A stretch of DNA of 44,277 nucleotides from Schizochytrium sp. TIO01 (GCA_004764695.1 SMSO01000016.1:1-44277); one strand, 5' to 3'; positions 9,893 through 20,595 are shown, counted from the first letter of the stretch. The notes: generated by a model from the letters alone, not told the origin. Program-made: numbers and translations.

Positions 9893-12345
9893 ATGGCATT
9901 TGAAGGATCTCTAGGTAATGTTAATATAGAGGCGTTTTTATATGCGATAAGCTAACCTATTTCGGTTAGATTCCTCTAGGAAAACCATTAATTTATTTTA
10001 TTTATAACCTTGCGAATTGAAACATCTTAGTAGCAAGTTAAAAAATTAAACAAGGAGTTGAAAGTAGTGGCGAGCGAAATCAATTTAAGCTTAAGGATTT
10101 TTTGCAAAAAATTTTAAAACCATAGAAGGTATTTAAGTCCTGTATTTTGTAAAAATTTCTTATACATTAGTAAGTTGAGACATGTTATCTTTACTGAAAA
10201 TAGGAGAACCATCTTCTAAAGCTTAACTTAACATTAACCGATAGCGCACAAGTACTGTAAAGGAAAGAGTGAAATCAAACTGCTTTTTATGCTAGAGTAG
10301 TTTAAAGCTATTATAGCGTGCTTTTTGTATTACGAACTGAAGAGTTAATAAAAGTAGCCCAGCTTAAGTGGAGACATGTAGGCGTACGTGAAAGCAAAAA
10401 TTCAATATTATGTTACTTTTATTATACCCGAAACCAAGTGATCTATTTATGAACTAGCGGATGTATATTTGCATTCGGCTGAACCCGTATCTGTTGCAAA
10501 AGATTGGGATGATTTGTGAATAGGAGTGAAAGGCTAATCAAACTTGGAAATAGCTGGTTCTTTGCGAAATCTATTTAGGTAGAGTGTTAAATACTAAAAA
10601 AGGGGGTAGAGCTCTGTTTAGGGAAGGGGGTGTCACTTACTAACTCTTTGCAAACTACGAATACCTTTTTTAAGAATATTTAATAAACAAACAATAGGCG
10701 ATAAGGTCTTTTGTTGAGAGGGAAACAGCCCAGATTTATCGCTAAGGCCTTTAATGTTTTTTAAGTGCAAAAAGAGTTTATATCCAATGACAGTTAATAT
10801 GTAGGCTTGGAAGCAGCCATCATTGAAAGAAAGCGTAGTAGCTCATTAACTAAGGGTATAGGTTCTGAAAATGTAGGAGACTAAAAAAACAGCCGAAGCG
10901 GAAACAGAGCTTAAAAGCTCTGGGTAGCAAAGCTTTTTGTATAAGTTAGCATACGTTGTAAAATGTGTGTGTTTATCAATTTGATTATTTCAGTATGAGT
11001 AACGGAAAACACTCTGTGAATGAGTGTCGTCTGAATCCTCCAGGTTTCCTAAACAAATGTTGTTCAGTTTAGGGTTATTCGGTCCCTAATTAATTAGCTG
11101 AAAAGTTATTATGATGGGTTTTATATATCTAATGAAAAAAAGTAATCTAGAAAATTATATAAGGTTTACCGTACTTAAACCGACACAGGTGAGGTAGCAT
11201 AGTTATGCTAAGACGTAGAGATATTTATTTAAAAGGAACTCGGCAAATTGGCCTCGTAACTTCGGGAGAAGAGGCGCTTTCTTGATTAAAGAGAAAGTTG
11301 CAAAAAAACGGAAATAGCAACTGTTTACTAAAAACACAGGTCTTTGCAAACACGTAAGTGGTAGTATAAGGACTGACTCCTGCCCGGTGCTGTTATTTTA
11401 ACTTTTATAGTATTTGCTATAAAACTAAGAACCAGTAAACGGCGGCAGTAACTCTGACTGTCCTAAGGTAGCGAAATTCATTGGTCACTAATTATGATCC
11501 CGCATGAATGGAGTAATGACTGTTTCACTGTCTCTTAAATAATCTCTGTGAAATTTATTTGCTCGTGAAGAAGCGAGCGTATTCTAAAAAGACGGAAAGA
11601 CCCCGTGAACTTTTACTGTATCTTTATATTGTTCAAGGTTTTCTATTGTACACTGGAAGTGGTAGTTTAATTACATAAGTGAAAGTCCACTCTTTAGTCT
11701 ACCTAGACTCATTTTTTTAATAAAAGACCGTATAAGGAAGGCAGTTTATCTGGGGCGGATTCCTTTTAAAAAGTAACAAAGGAGTGCAAAGGCAAGTTAT
11801 ACTTTAAAAAAGTAAGCAGTGTAACGGCAATAAAAACTTGCTTGACTGTAAGAGGTACATCTCGCACAGGGGTTTAAAAGCCGGCCGTAGTGATCCGGTG
11901 TTTTTTAATGGACAAGACATCGCTTAACGAATAAAAAGTACTCCGGGGATAACAGGCTAATGTTCTTCAAGAGCTCATATCTAAAAGAACGTTTGGCACC
12001 TCGATGTCGACTCAACGCAACCTGAAGCTGAAGCCGGTTTCAAGGGTTTGGCTGTTCGCCGATTAAAGCGTTACGTGAGTTGGGTTTAGAACGCTGTGAA
12101 GCAGTTTGGTCCCTATCTTTTAGAATTTATTGAAAGTAAACAAAATGTTTAACTAGTACGAGAGGACCGTTAAGCACTATCCTCTTATGAACCTGTTGTC
12201 TAATGGCATCGCAGGGTAGTAACGATAGTTCAGAATAATTGCTGAAAGCATCTAAAGCAAGAAATCTTTTTGTTATCTTTCTAAACAAAGTGAAAGAACA
12301 TCTCTTTGATAGGTCACGTGTGTTTTTAGCTTAGTGATACTAATT
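9893..12345 (+). rRNA. rnl: LSU rRNA (ends approximate)
   Basis: gaattgaaacatcttagta, cctaaggtagcgaaatt, ggggataacaggct, ggcacctcgatgtcg, sarcin-ricin loop tagtacgagagga. Confidence 0.97.
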
Positions 12346-12409
12346 TTATTTTTTATTTTATTATATAGTTTACATTTTTTTAGTATTTATTAAATACTAT
12401 TTAATATTT

Positions 12410-13730
12410 TTATGTAAGTTTGATCTTGGCTTAGGATGAACGTTAGTGAAATGTTTTACACATGCGAGTTGAAAAGCGTACGGGTGAGTTTGTTAAGTAT
12501 TTATCTTGAAAAAGAGAAGCTTTTCGGAAAGCAAGGTAGTAGGTCGTTTAATAGACTGACCTAGCCTATGACTTTAAGCGGTTTCGAAAGAAAGATCCGC
12601 CACAATGGCACTGAAAAAAGGGCCATACTCTACGTAGAGGCAGCAGTGAAGAATCTTAGGCAATGAGCGAAAGCTTGACCTAGCAATTTCACAAAATGAA
12701 GAAGGCAATTTTGTTGTAAAGTTTAGTAATAAGTTTAAATAATGATATAAACTTATTTCTTAGTCCTGACCAATATGCGTGCCAGCAGTCGCGGTAATAC
12801 GTGAAGGGCTTACGTTATCTATACATTAGGCGTAAAACGTTTGTAGGTGGTTATTTTTGTTATTTTCTAAATTTTAATTAAACTTTAATTTTGAAATAAT
12901 ACGTTATATCTAGAGGTTCTGAGAAGAAAATAGAATTTTTGAAGTACGGGTAAAATCGGTTGATATCAAAAGGACTTTTTTGTGAAGACAATTTTCTACG
13001 AAAACCTGACACTGAGAAACGAAAGCGCAGGTAGCAAAAAGGATTAGAGACCCTTGTAGTCTGCGCCGTAAACGATGTTTATTGTTTAGTGAAATTACTC
13101 TTCGGAGATTTTCACTAAATAAGCTAACGCTAAATAAACTGCCTGGAGAGTACCCCGGCAACGGTGAAATCCAAAAGAATTGACGGGAGCTAGTATAGGC
13201 AGCGGAGCATGTTACTTAATTCGACAATACGCGAGTAATCTTACCAAAGCTTGACAGGAATCTTTTTAACAGGTGTTGCATGGTTGTCTTCAGCTCGTGT
13301 TTTGAAATGTATGGTTTAGTCCTTAAACGAGCGAAACCTTTTTTTAAAGATGTTTTTTCATCTTTAAATCAGCTGAGATAATCAGTTTGAAATTTAAGAC
13401 TAAGACAAATCTTCATGACCCTTATGCTTTGGGCTGTAAACGTGCTACAATGGTAAATTCAAAAAGAAGCAATAAAGAAATTTAAAGCAATCCTTTTAAC
13501 CATTACCGTAGTTCGGATTAAAAGTTGAAACTCACTTTTATGAAGTTGGAGTTGCCAGTAATCGTGGATCAGCACGCCACGGTGAAATTTTTTACCTAGC
13601 TTTGTACATACCGCCCGTCATGTTATGGGAGGTTTCGTTGTATGAAATGGTTTTAGCCTATAGTATAACGCAGCTGACTGTAATAAAGTCGTAACAAGGT
13701 AGCCGTAAGTGAACTTGCGGCTGAATTTAT
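12410..13730 (+). rRNA. rns: SSU rRNA (ends approximate)
   Basis: agtttgatcttggct, gtgccagcagtcgcggtaa, gaattgacggg, aagtcgtaacaaggta. Confidence 0.97.
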
Positions 13731-13734
13731 AAAT

Positions 13735-13827
13735 AAATTTTAATTATAATATCTTTGTATAAAGAAACATTCGGAAACTTTATACTTTTACTTTTTTAAA
13801 TACTACTCAGGGAATCAAAAAAAGTTT
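13735..13827 (+). rRNA. Candidate AT-rich 5S rRNA
   Basis: aaatttt/aaagttt closing helix; gtataaag/ctttatac stem with a 13-nt loop C-like aaacattcggaaa; second arm tttt-aaatact-actc-agggaatc-aaaa. Confidence 0.55.
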
Positions 13828-13914
13828 GGAGAAGTGGCAGAGAGGTCGATTGCGAACGTTTGCTAAACGTTTACAGGTTAAAACTTGTCGCTGGTTCGAA
13901 TCCAGTCTTCTCCG
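13828..13914 (+). tRNA. trnS: tRNA-Ser(GCT)
   Basis: ggagaag/cttctcc, tt-gct-aa, long variable arm. Confidence 0.95.
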
Positions 13915-13930
13915 TTTTGTTTTATATTGT

Positions 13931-14002
13931 TGGGATATAGCTTAAAGGTAAAGCTTTAGTTTTTGGTACTAAAAGATATAGGTTCGAATCCTGTTATCCC
14001 AG
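13931..14002 (+). tRNA. trnQ: tRNA-Gln(TTG)
   Basis: tgggata/tatccca, tt-ttg-gt. Confidence 0.95.
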
Positions 14003-14018
14003 CAGCATTTTGTATGTA

Positions 14019-14092
14019 GGTGGGTATAGTACAGTGGTTAGTACGCTTGCTTGTGGTGCAAGATGTCGTAGGTTCAAATCCTTCTTCCCGCC
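14019..14092 (+). tRNA. trnH: tRNA-His(GTG)
   Basis: tt-gtg-gt loop; encoded G-1 opposite C73. Confidence 0.93.
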
Positions 14093-14106
14093 ATTAACTT
14101 TTTATC

Positions 14107-14637
14107 ATGTATTTTACAGTGGTTATAAAAGATGGATTCTCTTTCTCTGAAAATCAATCTTTTTATATTATTACAGATTCATTTAATAATAAAAGCTTTG
14201 CGTTTAAAAAAGAGTTCTTTTTTCAGGTATTTAACGAAACATCGTCTATCCAATTTGTGTGTTCGAAACGTTCATTTTTGACTAAATTTAAGTCCCTACA
14301 ATCTAAAATTATCTCTTTCATATCTAATAAAGTTTTTTCTGAAAAATTTTCTATAGTAGGGGTAGGTTACAAATGTTCTCTAATTTCTCAAAATACTTTC
14401 CAAATTAACATTGGGCTTAGTCACCCTGTTTTGTTTACTATTCCTAAAGGTATTGTTGTGGAAATTAGTAAAGACCAAACTAAAGCTTTTTTCTATTCTA
14501 TAAATTATAGTCTTCTAAAAGAATTCGTTTCTTTTATTTGCCAACAAAAACAAACTGATCCTTATAAAGGTAAGGGTTGTTTTATAATAAGCAAAGTTTC
14601 TGTGTTGCCTCTAAAAGAAGGTAAACGTTCTAAATTA
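14107..14637 (+). CDS. rpl6: Ribosomal protein L6
   Basis: VGVGYK, IGLSHPV, DPYKGKG, KEGK; TTA stop 14635-14637. Confidence 0.92.
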
Positions 14638-14646
14638 TTTATTATT

Positions 14647-15117
14647 ATGAAATCTGTTAAAATAATCTTTTTTTCTTCTATTTTGTCAAAGTATGGTTTG
14701 CTTTATTCTAAGCAAACTCAAGCGTTTATGAAAGTTTTCTACTTTATTACCAATCTGCGTAAAAGTCAAGTTTCTTTTTGTATTGTAGGGAATTCAAAAT
14801 CAATAGCACGCTTCTTTTATATGTTTAAAAATGAATCCGTTACTTTTTTGAGTAAATGGGTTCCTGGTACTCTATCCAATTCTCAAAAAAATTCTCGATC
14901 TTTTTATCCTGATATTTTGATCGTTATGGGCTTTAAAAAAAATCTTGTCGCTATTTTGGAAGCAAATAAAAAGGGGATTCCTGTAATCTGTTTTTCTAAC
15001 GAAAGTTCTCTAAAGAAATATTCTTTTTATTTGCCTTACGTTATTTTTTGTGATCCTCGTCAAATTAAAGCTCTTTGGTTTTCTATATTTCTTTTTTTTA
15101 CATCTTTTAAAAAATAA
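14647..15117 (+). CDS. rps2: Ribosomal protein S2 (short, divergent)
   Basis: KWVPGTLSN, PDILIV, AILEANKKGIPVI; ATG 9 nt after the rpl6 stop. Confidence 0.85.
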   Translation: MKSVKIIFFSSILSKYGLLYSKQTQAFMKVFYFITNLRKSQVSFCIVGNSKSIARFFYMFKNESVTFLSKWVPGTLSNSQKNSRSFYPDILIVMGFKKNLVAILEANKKGIPVICFSNESSLKKYSFYLPYVIFCDPRQIKALWFSIFLFFTSFKK

Positions 15118-15118
15118 A

Positions 15119-15616
15119 ATGCTTAAGTTTAAACAACTAAAAAAACTAAAAATAAATCCTATCTATTCTCAAAAATTTGTTGCTCATTGTTGTAAGCCGC
15201 AAAATACTTGGGTTTCCATTTTGAAACAAGCTCAAAAAAATAGGGTTTCTTCATTTGTACGTTTGCACGCAATTAAAAAAGATGTTTTTAATCAGCGCAA
15301 ACAAGTTAAGTACACTTATGGTTCATCTTCTCCAAGTCCACTTAAGCTTGATTTTCTTATTTGGAGTTCTCGTTTCTATCCTTCACTATTGGCAGCTCGT
15401 CATGCTGTTTGTTCTAGTAAAGTAGTCGTAAATGGAATTGTTCAAAAAAATCCAAATTTCATTTTGTCAGCGGGAGATCTTGTTCATATTCAGGGAAATA
15501 TCACTATTAATGGTTCATTTTTTACTACCGTAAATCAAAATGTAGCTTTGCAAGCTATTATTCCCCAAAATTTGGAAATCAGTTTTAGTACACGCAGTTT
15601 TGTAGTTTGTTACTAA
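15119..15616 (+). CDS. rps4: Ribosomal protein S4 (short)
   Basis: S4 domain LDFLIW..F..S...AR.AV...KVVVNG...PNFILSAGDLV. Confidence 0.85.
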   Translation: MLKFKQLKKLKINPIYSQKFVAHCCKPQNTWVSILKQAQKNRVSSFVRLHAIKKDVFNQRKQVKYTYGSSSPSPLKLDFLIWSSRFYPSLLAARHAVCSSKVVVNGIVQKNPNFILSAGDLVHIQGNITINGSFFTTVNQNVALQAIIPQNLEISFSTRSFVVCY

Positions 15617-15626
15617 CTACGTGTTT

Positions 15627-15672
15627 ACGGGGGTTTCGGTTAATTAAAAAGGTTCAAGTCCTTTTCCTCGTT
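15627..15672 (+). ncRNA. tRNA-like mini-element (acceptor stem + T-arm)
   Basis: acggggg/tcctcgt 7-bp stem, aaagg-ttcaagt-ccttt T-arm, 14-nt linker. Confidence 0.65.
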
Positions 15673-15684
15673 TAAATATATTTT

Positions 15685-16059
15685 ATGATAAATTTTCAAA
15701 GGCTTATCTCTTCTTTGAATATAGGAATTCAACAAAATGCAAGTGTTGTGCAAGTTCCTAATTCTAAACAAAATCTTCAATTTATTTCTTTGCTTTATAA
15801 AGAAGGTTTTATTAAAGCTTTTCAATTTTCTGGTCGTAATATTAAAGTTTTTCTTTTCAAAAATAATAGTCTTTTGAAAGGTAAAAAATTTATTCTTTTT
15901 TCACACAATAAAAAAGATGTTTACGTATCTACTAAAAATTTGTGGGCGCATAGTGGACTTTGTTCGTTGTTTATCTCTACTTCAAAAGGTTCATTGGTTC
16001 ATTATTCAAAAAGTTTTTCAAATCTAAAAGGAGGTAAATTGCTTGCCGCCACTATCTAA
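15685..16059 (+). CDS. rps8: Ribosomal protein S8
   Basis: LLYKEGFI, ISTSKG, GGKLL. Confidence 0.88.
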   Translation: MINFQRLISSLNIGIQQNASVVQVPNSKQNLQFISLLYKEGFIKAFQFSGRNIKVFLFKNNSLLKGKKFILFSHNKKDVYVSTKNLWAHSGLCSLFISTSKGSLVHYSKSFSNLKGGKLLAATI

Positions 16060-16071
16060 TTTTCTATTCTT

Positions 16072-17589
16072 ATGATTTCATTGCTAACTCATGATTTTTT
16101 TTCGGGATTTCCACTTCTTTTTTTGGCACTTTCCGCATGTTTTTTTCTTTCATTCTTTTCGTTTTTCTTTAGTAAAGCTGTTATTATTAACTCTCAAAAA
16201 AAACATTTTGTTATAAAGCACTACGCTTTTAATATAACTCTTCTAATTATTGCATTTACATTTATAATTGAACTTAACACTCCTATTCAAAATTATTCTA
16301 GTTTTTGGGGATTTTTGAACTTTGATTTCTATTCACATAGCCTTTCTCTAATCGTTTTGTTTTTGAGTTTTCTTAGTTTTTTGAGCAGTCGTTCTTATAT
16401 TATAACAAAATTTTCTTTTACCTTTGAATATTTTTTTCTTATTCTTTTCGGTATCTTTTCTCTAATAGGTTTGCCTGCTTGCTCTGATTTTTTGGGTATT
16501 TATCTATTTTTGGAACTTCAATCTCTTATCTTTTATACACTAGCCTGTTTTAATAGGTCATCCGCTTTTTCTACAGAAGCCGGAGTTAAATATTTTATTA
16601 TGGGTGCATTTTCTTCGGGGATTCTTCTATTTGGTATGTCTCTTATTTATGGGATGTGTGGGTCGTTGAATTTTGAAATTTTGAAAACACTTTTGTTTTA
16701 TTTTTCAGAAGCTACTTTTTCATTTAACTACTTCGTAACTTATTTTGGTTTCTTTTTGATTGTGTGCAGTTTCCTATTTAAACTTAGTGCTGCACCTTTT
16801 CATTTCTGGTCACCCGAAGTTTATGAAGGTTCTGTAGCTCCAGTAAGTTTGTTTTTTGCAGTAGTTCCTAAAATTGCTCTGTTTGGGTCTCTTGTTCGAA
16901 TTAGCGTGGGTGTTTTCTTTGAATTCTCAGCATTTTGGACAGTTTTGTTTGCTATCGTAGCATTTCTTTCACTGCTTTTTGGTAGTTTTTCTGCACTAGC
17001 TCAGAAAAAAGTAAAGAAATTTTTGGCATTCAGTTCTGTTACTCACGTAGGTTTTATAATAGCCGCTTTGTCAGCGCATAGTTTTGATGGCCTTGTAGGT
17101 TTGTTCTTTTATTTGCTAGTTTATAGTTTTCTTTCATTGTGTTTTTGGAGTTTTGTAGTCCTTATGCACAAAGAAAAAAATAGTTCATTTCTAGTAGATT
17201 TTAAAATTTTGGCAAAACAAAATCCGTTTATTGGAGGTAGTCTTTGTATTTTGTTGTTTTCGATAGCTGGTATTCCTCCTTTGTCTGGGTTTGGAGCAAA
17301 ATTTTTTAGTTTTATAGCTGTAGTAGAACAAAATGAATTCTTGTTGGCTGTTGTAATAGTATTGTTTGCTGTCGTGAGTTGTTTTTATTATTTGCGTGTA
17401 ATTAAATGGATCTTTTTTGATAATTCTTCAAATGCAGTAACCATTCAAAGTAATTATAACTTGACTTTTACATTCAGTCGATTGGAAGCTTATCTAATTT
17501 CTTTTAGTTTGTTTATATCAAGTATTCTTTTTATGCTACCTGATTTTTGTATGCTGGTGGCACATCGTATGGCCCTTTCACTTTTTTAA
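16072..17589 (+). CDS. nad2: NADH dehydrogenase subunit 2
   Basis: STEAGVKYF, FKLSAAPFHFWSPEVYEG, AGIPPLSGF. Confidence 0.97.
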   Translation: MISLLTHDFFSGFPLLFLALSACFFLSFFSFFFSKAVIINSQKKHFVIKHYAFNITLLIIAFTFIIELNTPIQNYSSFWGFLNFDFYSHSLSLIVLFLSFLSFLSSRSYIITKFSFTFEYFFLILFGIFSLIGLPACSDFLGIYLFLELQSLIFYTLACFNRSSAFSTEAGVKYFIMGAFSSGILLFGMSLIYGMCGSLNFEILKTLLFYFSEATFSFNYFVTYFGFFLIVCSFLFKLSAAPFHFWSPEVYEGSVAPVSLFFAVVPKIALFGSLVRISVGVFFEFSAFWTVLFAIVAFLSLLFGSFSALAQKKVKKFLAFSSVTHVGFIIAALSAHSFDGLVGLFFYLLVYSFLSLCFWSFVVLMHKEKNSSFLVDFKILAKQNPFIGGSLCILLFSIAGIPPLSGFGAKFFSFIAVVEQNEFLLAVVIVLFAVVSCFYYLRVIKWIFFDNSSNAVTIQSNYNLTFTFSRLEAYLISFSLFISSILFMLPDFCMLVAHRMALSLF

Positions 17590-17606
17590 ATGGTAAATCC
17601 ATTTTC

Positions 17607-17679
17607 GCTTAAGTAGCTCAGTTGGCAGAGCATAAGACTGAAAATCTTTGTGTCACTGGTTCAAATCCAGTCTTAAGCA
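17607..17679 (+). tRNA. trnF: tRNA-Phe(GAA)
   Basis: gcttaag/cttaagc, ct-gaa-aa. Confidence 0.95.
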
Positions 17680-17691
17680 ATTTATTTTATT

Positions 17692-17967
17692 ATGATTCGT
17701 GGTTATTTTCAACTTTATAGTTTTAAATCTATACCTTCTTCTGTTAAACAAAAAAAGGTATTCACTTTTAACAAATCTCATCATGTAAATAAAAAATCTA
17801 AGACATCCGCAAGTCTTGTTTTTTATAAAACTAAAGCATCTTCACTTCATACATTTAGTTCGTGGTCAGATATAAAAAATTTTTATATTTATCAAGCACT
17901 TTCTATTTTTTCTAAAAAAATTACTTTTAGTTTTCGTATGAAAGTGGTTGCTTGCCCTTATAGTTTA
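17692..17967 (+). CDS. rps10: Ribosomal protein S10 (divergent); stop lies inside trnE
   Basis: KKVFTFNKSHHVNKKSK resembles the FT..KSPHVNKKS motif; first in-frame TTA at 17965-17967. Confidence 0.75.
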
Positions 17968-18025
17968 ATGGTTAGAACATAGCTTTTTCGTAGCTCAAGT
18001 GAGAGTTCAATTCTCTCTAAGGGTA
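17954..18025 (+). tRNA. trnE: tRNA-Glu(TTC)
   Basis: gccctta/taagggt, tt-ttc-gt. Confidence 0.93.
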
Positions 18026-18039
18026 ACTCTTATTAGAAA

Positions 18040-18828
18040 ATGACACAAAAACATCCTTTTCATCTTGTCGACCCTAGTCCTTGGCCAATGGTCGCTTCTA
18101 TTTCTGCTTTTATTACCACTACAGGTGGTGTTCTTTTTATGCATAACTATAACGGTGGAGGTAGCTTTCTATTCTTTGGATTCGTTATGCTATTGTACAC
18201 TATGTTTGTGTGGTGGCGTGATGTAGTTCGAGAAGGTACTTTTGAAGGGCAACACACTTCAATTGTACAATTGGGGCTTCGTTTTGGTATAATCTTGTTT
18301 ATTGTATCCGAAGCAATGCTTTTCTTTGCTTTCTTTTGGGCTTTCTTTTGGGCAAGTCTAGCACCTGTTCCTGAAATTGGTTCTGTATGGCCTCCTAAAG
18401 GTATTGAAACCCTTTCCGCTTGGGAAGTTCCTTTTTTGAACACTGTAATTCTTCTTAGTTCTGGTGCTTCTGTTACTTGGGCGCATCATGCTATTATTGC
18501 AGGTTATCGAAAAGAAGCAATTCTTTCTTTGTCTATTACTGTTGCTTTGGCGGTAGTTTTTACAGGGTTGCAATTGTTTGAATATAAAAATGCTCCATTT
18601 ACCATCGCAGATGGTATTTATGGAAGTACTTTTTATATGGCAACCGGTTTTCATGGTTTCCACGTATTCGTAGGAACTGTTTTTTTGACCGTATGCCTTT
18701 ATCGTGTATTTGCATATCACTTTACAAAACAACATCATTTTGGATTTGAAGCTGCTGCCTGGTATTGGCACTTTGTGGATGTTGTTTGGTTGTTTCTTTT
18801 TGTAAGTATTTATTGGTGGGGAAATTAA
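18040..18828 (+). CDS. cox3: Cytochrome c oxidase subunit 3
   Basis: [25 protein letters not shown]. Confidence 0.99.
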   Translation: MTQKHPFHLVDPSPWPMVASISAFITTTGGVLFMHNYNGGGSFLFFGFVMLLYTMFVWWRDVVREGTFEGQHTSIVQLGLRFGIILFIVSEAMLFFAFFWAFFWASLAPVPEIGSVWPPKGIETLSAWEVPFLNTVILLSSGASVTWAHHAIIAGYRKEAILSLSITVALAVVFTGLQLFEYKNAPFTIADGIYGSTFYMATGFHGFHVFVGTVFLTVCLYRVFAYHFTKQHHFGFEAAAWYWHFVDVVWLFLFVSIYWWGN

Positions 18829-18829
18829 T

Positions 18830-19585
18830 ATGTTTTTTAGTCCTTTGGAACAGTTTGAAATTTATCCTATTTTGCCTTTGCGCATAGGAGCTTTTGATCT
18901 TTCATTTACAAACTCTAGCTTTTTTTTGCTTTTGATTTGTTTGGTATACGTTTTTTTTGTTAAATTGGTTTATTCTAATGGTAGTGGGTTCTTTATTCCA
19001 AATCGTTGGCAATTGTTGTTTGAAAATTTTTATTCTTTCAGTGCTGATATGGTAGAAGAAAATATGGGTGCTAAAGGTCAAACTTTTGTGCCTTTTATTT
19101 TTGGACTTTTTATGTTTTTGCTTTTGGCAAACACTTTTGGAATGGTTCCTTATAGCTTTACAGTTACTTCTCATTTGATTGTTACTTTTACTTTGTCTGC
19201 TTTGGTATGGGTAGGTAAACTATATGTAGGTATTAAACATCACGGTATTCGTATTTTGGGTGTTCTTTTGCCTGGAGGTATTCCTTTTGCAATGGTGCCT
19301 TTCTTCGTAGTTGTTGAACTTTTGAGTTTTTTTATTCCTCTAGCCGCATTGGGTATTCGACTTTTTGCAAACATGATGGCTGGTCACATTCTTATGAAAG
19401 TTATTGTAGGTTTTTGTTGGTCTATGCTATTGGCAGGAAATGTTTTTTTTCTAGCTCACTTTATTCCTATGGGAGTATTGTTTCTTTTGTTGTTTCTAGA
19501 AACTGCTGTTGCATTTATTCAGGCTTACGTATTTACTATGTTGACTTGTCTAATGACAGGTGATATGGTTCACGGAGGTCATTAA
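18830..19585 (+). CDS. atp6: ATP synthase subunit a
   Basis: SPLEQF, IRLFANMMAGH, AFIQAYVF. Confidence 0.98.
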   Translation: MFFSPLEQFEIYPILPLRIGAFDLSFTNSSFFLLLICLVYVFFVKLVYSNGSGFFIPNRWQLLFENFYSFSADMVEENMGAKGQTFVPFIFGLFMFLLLANTFGMVPYSFTVTSHLIVTFTLSALVWVGKLYVGIKHHGIRILGVLLPGGIPFAMVPFFVVVELLSFFIPLAALGIRLFANMMAGHILMKVIVGFCWSMLLAGNVFFLAHFIPMGVLFLLLFLETAVAFIQAYVFTMLTCLMTGDMVHGGH

Positions 19586-19607
19586 TTATTATGTAGGTTT
19601 ACTACAT

Positions 19608-19679
19608 TCTCTAGTAGCTCAGGGGTAGAGCATTTGGCTGTTAACCAAATTGTCGTTGGTTCAAATCCAATCTAGGGAG
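19608..19679 (+). tRNA. trnN: tRNA-Asn(GTT)
   Basis: tctctag/ctaggga, ct-gtt-aa. Confidence 0.95.
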
Positions 19680-19697
19680 TTTATTAAATTTTTATAT

Positions 19698-20450
19698 ATG
19701 CTTTTTACTTTGTTTGGTTATTGTGATGCTGCTACTCCATGGCAATTCGGATTTCAAGACCCTGCTACTCCTATCGCAGAAGGTATTATTCGATTTCATC
19801 ACGATTTGATGTTTATTATGGTTTTTGTTGTAGTTTTTGTTTTTTGGATGCTTACTCGTATCGTAATGCATTTCAACGTAAAAACCAACCCTAACCCTTC
19901 AGCTGTAGTTCACGGAACTACTATTGAAATTATTTGGACTTTGATTCCTGCAGTTCTTCTTATGATTATTGCAGTTCCTTCTTTTGCTCTTCTATACTCT
20001 GTAGATGAAGTAGTAGATCCCTCTGTTACTTTGAAAGTTATTGGGCATCAATGGTATTGGTCATACGAATACTCTGACTATGAAAATGAAGATGGAGAAA
20101 ATCTAGTTTTCGATTCTTACATGTTGCCTGATGATGAATTGTCTTTGGGAGATTTGCGAATGTTGGAAGTAGATAACCGTGTAGTATTGCCTGTTGATAC
20201 TCATGTTCGTCTTATTGTAACCAGTGCTGATGTGCTACATTCTTGGACTGTACCGTCTTTTGGAGTTAAAATGGATGCTTGCCCTGGTCGTCTTAACGAA
20301 GCTAGTTTGTTTATTCAACGTCCTGGTGTTTTTTATGGTCAATGTAGTGAAATTTGTGGTGTAAACCATGGATTTATGCCTATCGCAGTAGAAGCTTTGA
20401 AACTAGAAGATTACGTTTCTTGGGTAGCTGCTAAACTAGAAGACGCTTTA
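19698..20450 (+). CDS. cox2: Cytochrome c oxidase subunit 2
   Basis: [17 protein letters not shown], CuA motif [12 protein letters not shown]; TTA stop 20448-20450. Confidence 0.98.
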
Positions 20451-20460
20451 TTTTTAGTAT

Positions 20461-20595
20461 ATGTATCTTAGCTTTTTTCAAATTTGTTTTGTTGTACTTA
20501 TCGCTTTTTTGCTTTTTGGTAATTCTAATAATCTTATTAAAACATTTAAAAAGAATATTAAAAATATTCAAAAAGAATTTCAAAAAAAAGAATTA
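20461..20595 (+). CDS. tatA: TatA-like translocase subunit (44 aa; below the ORF-track cutoff)
   Basis: [44 protein letters not shown] then TTA: short TM helix, LLFG hinge, amphipathic helix. Confidence 0.8.

Noticed and set aside
14107-15117. 336-aa rpl6-rps2 fusion protein
   Set aside because: An in-frame TTA stop at 14635 is followed by a new ATG at 14647
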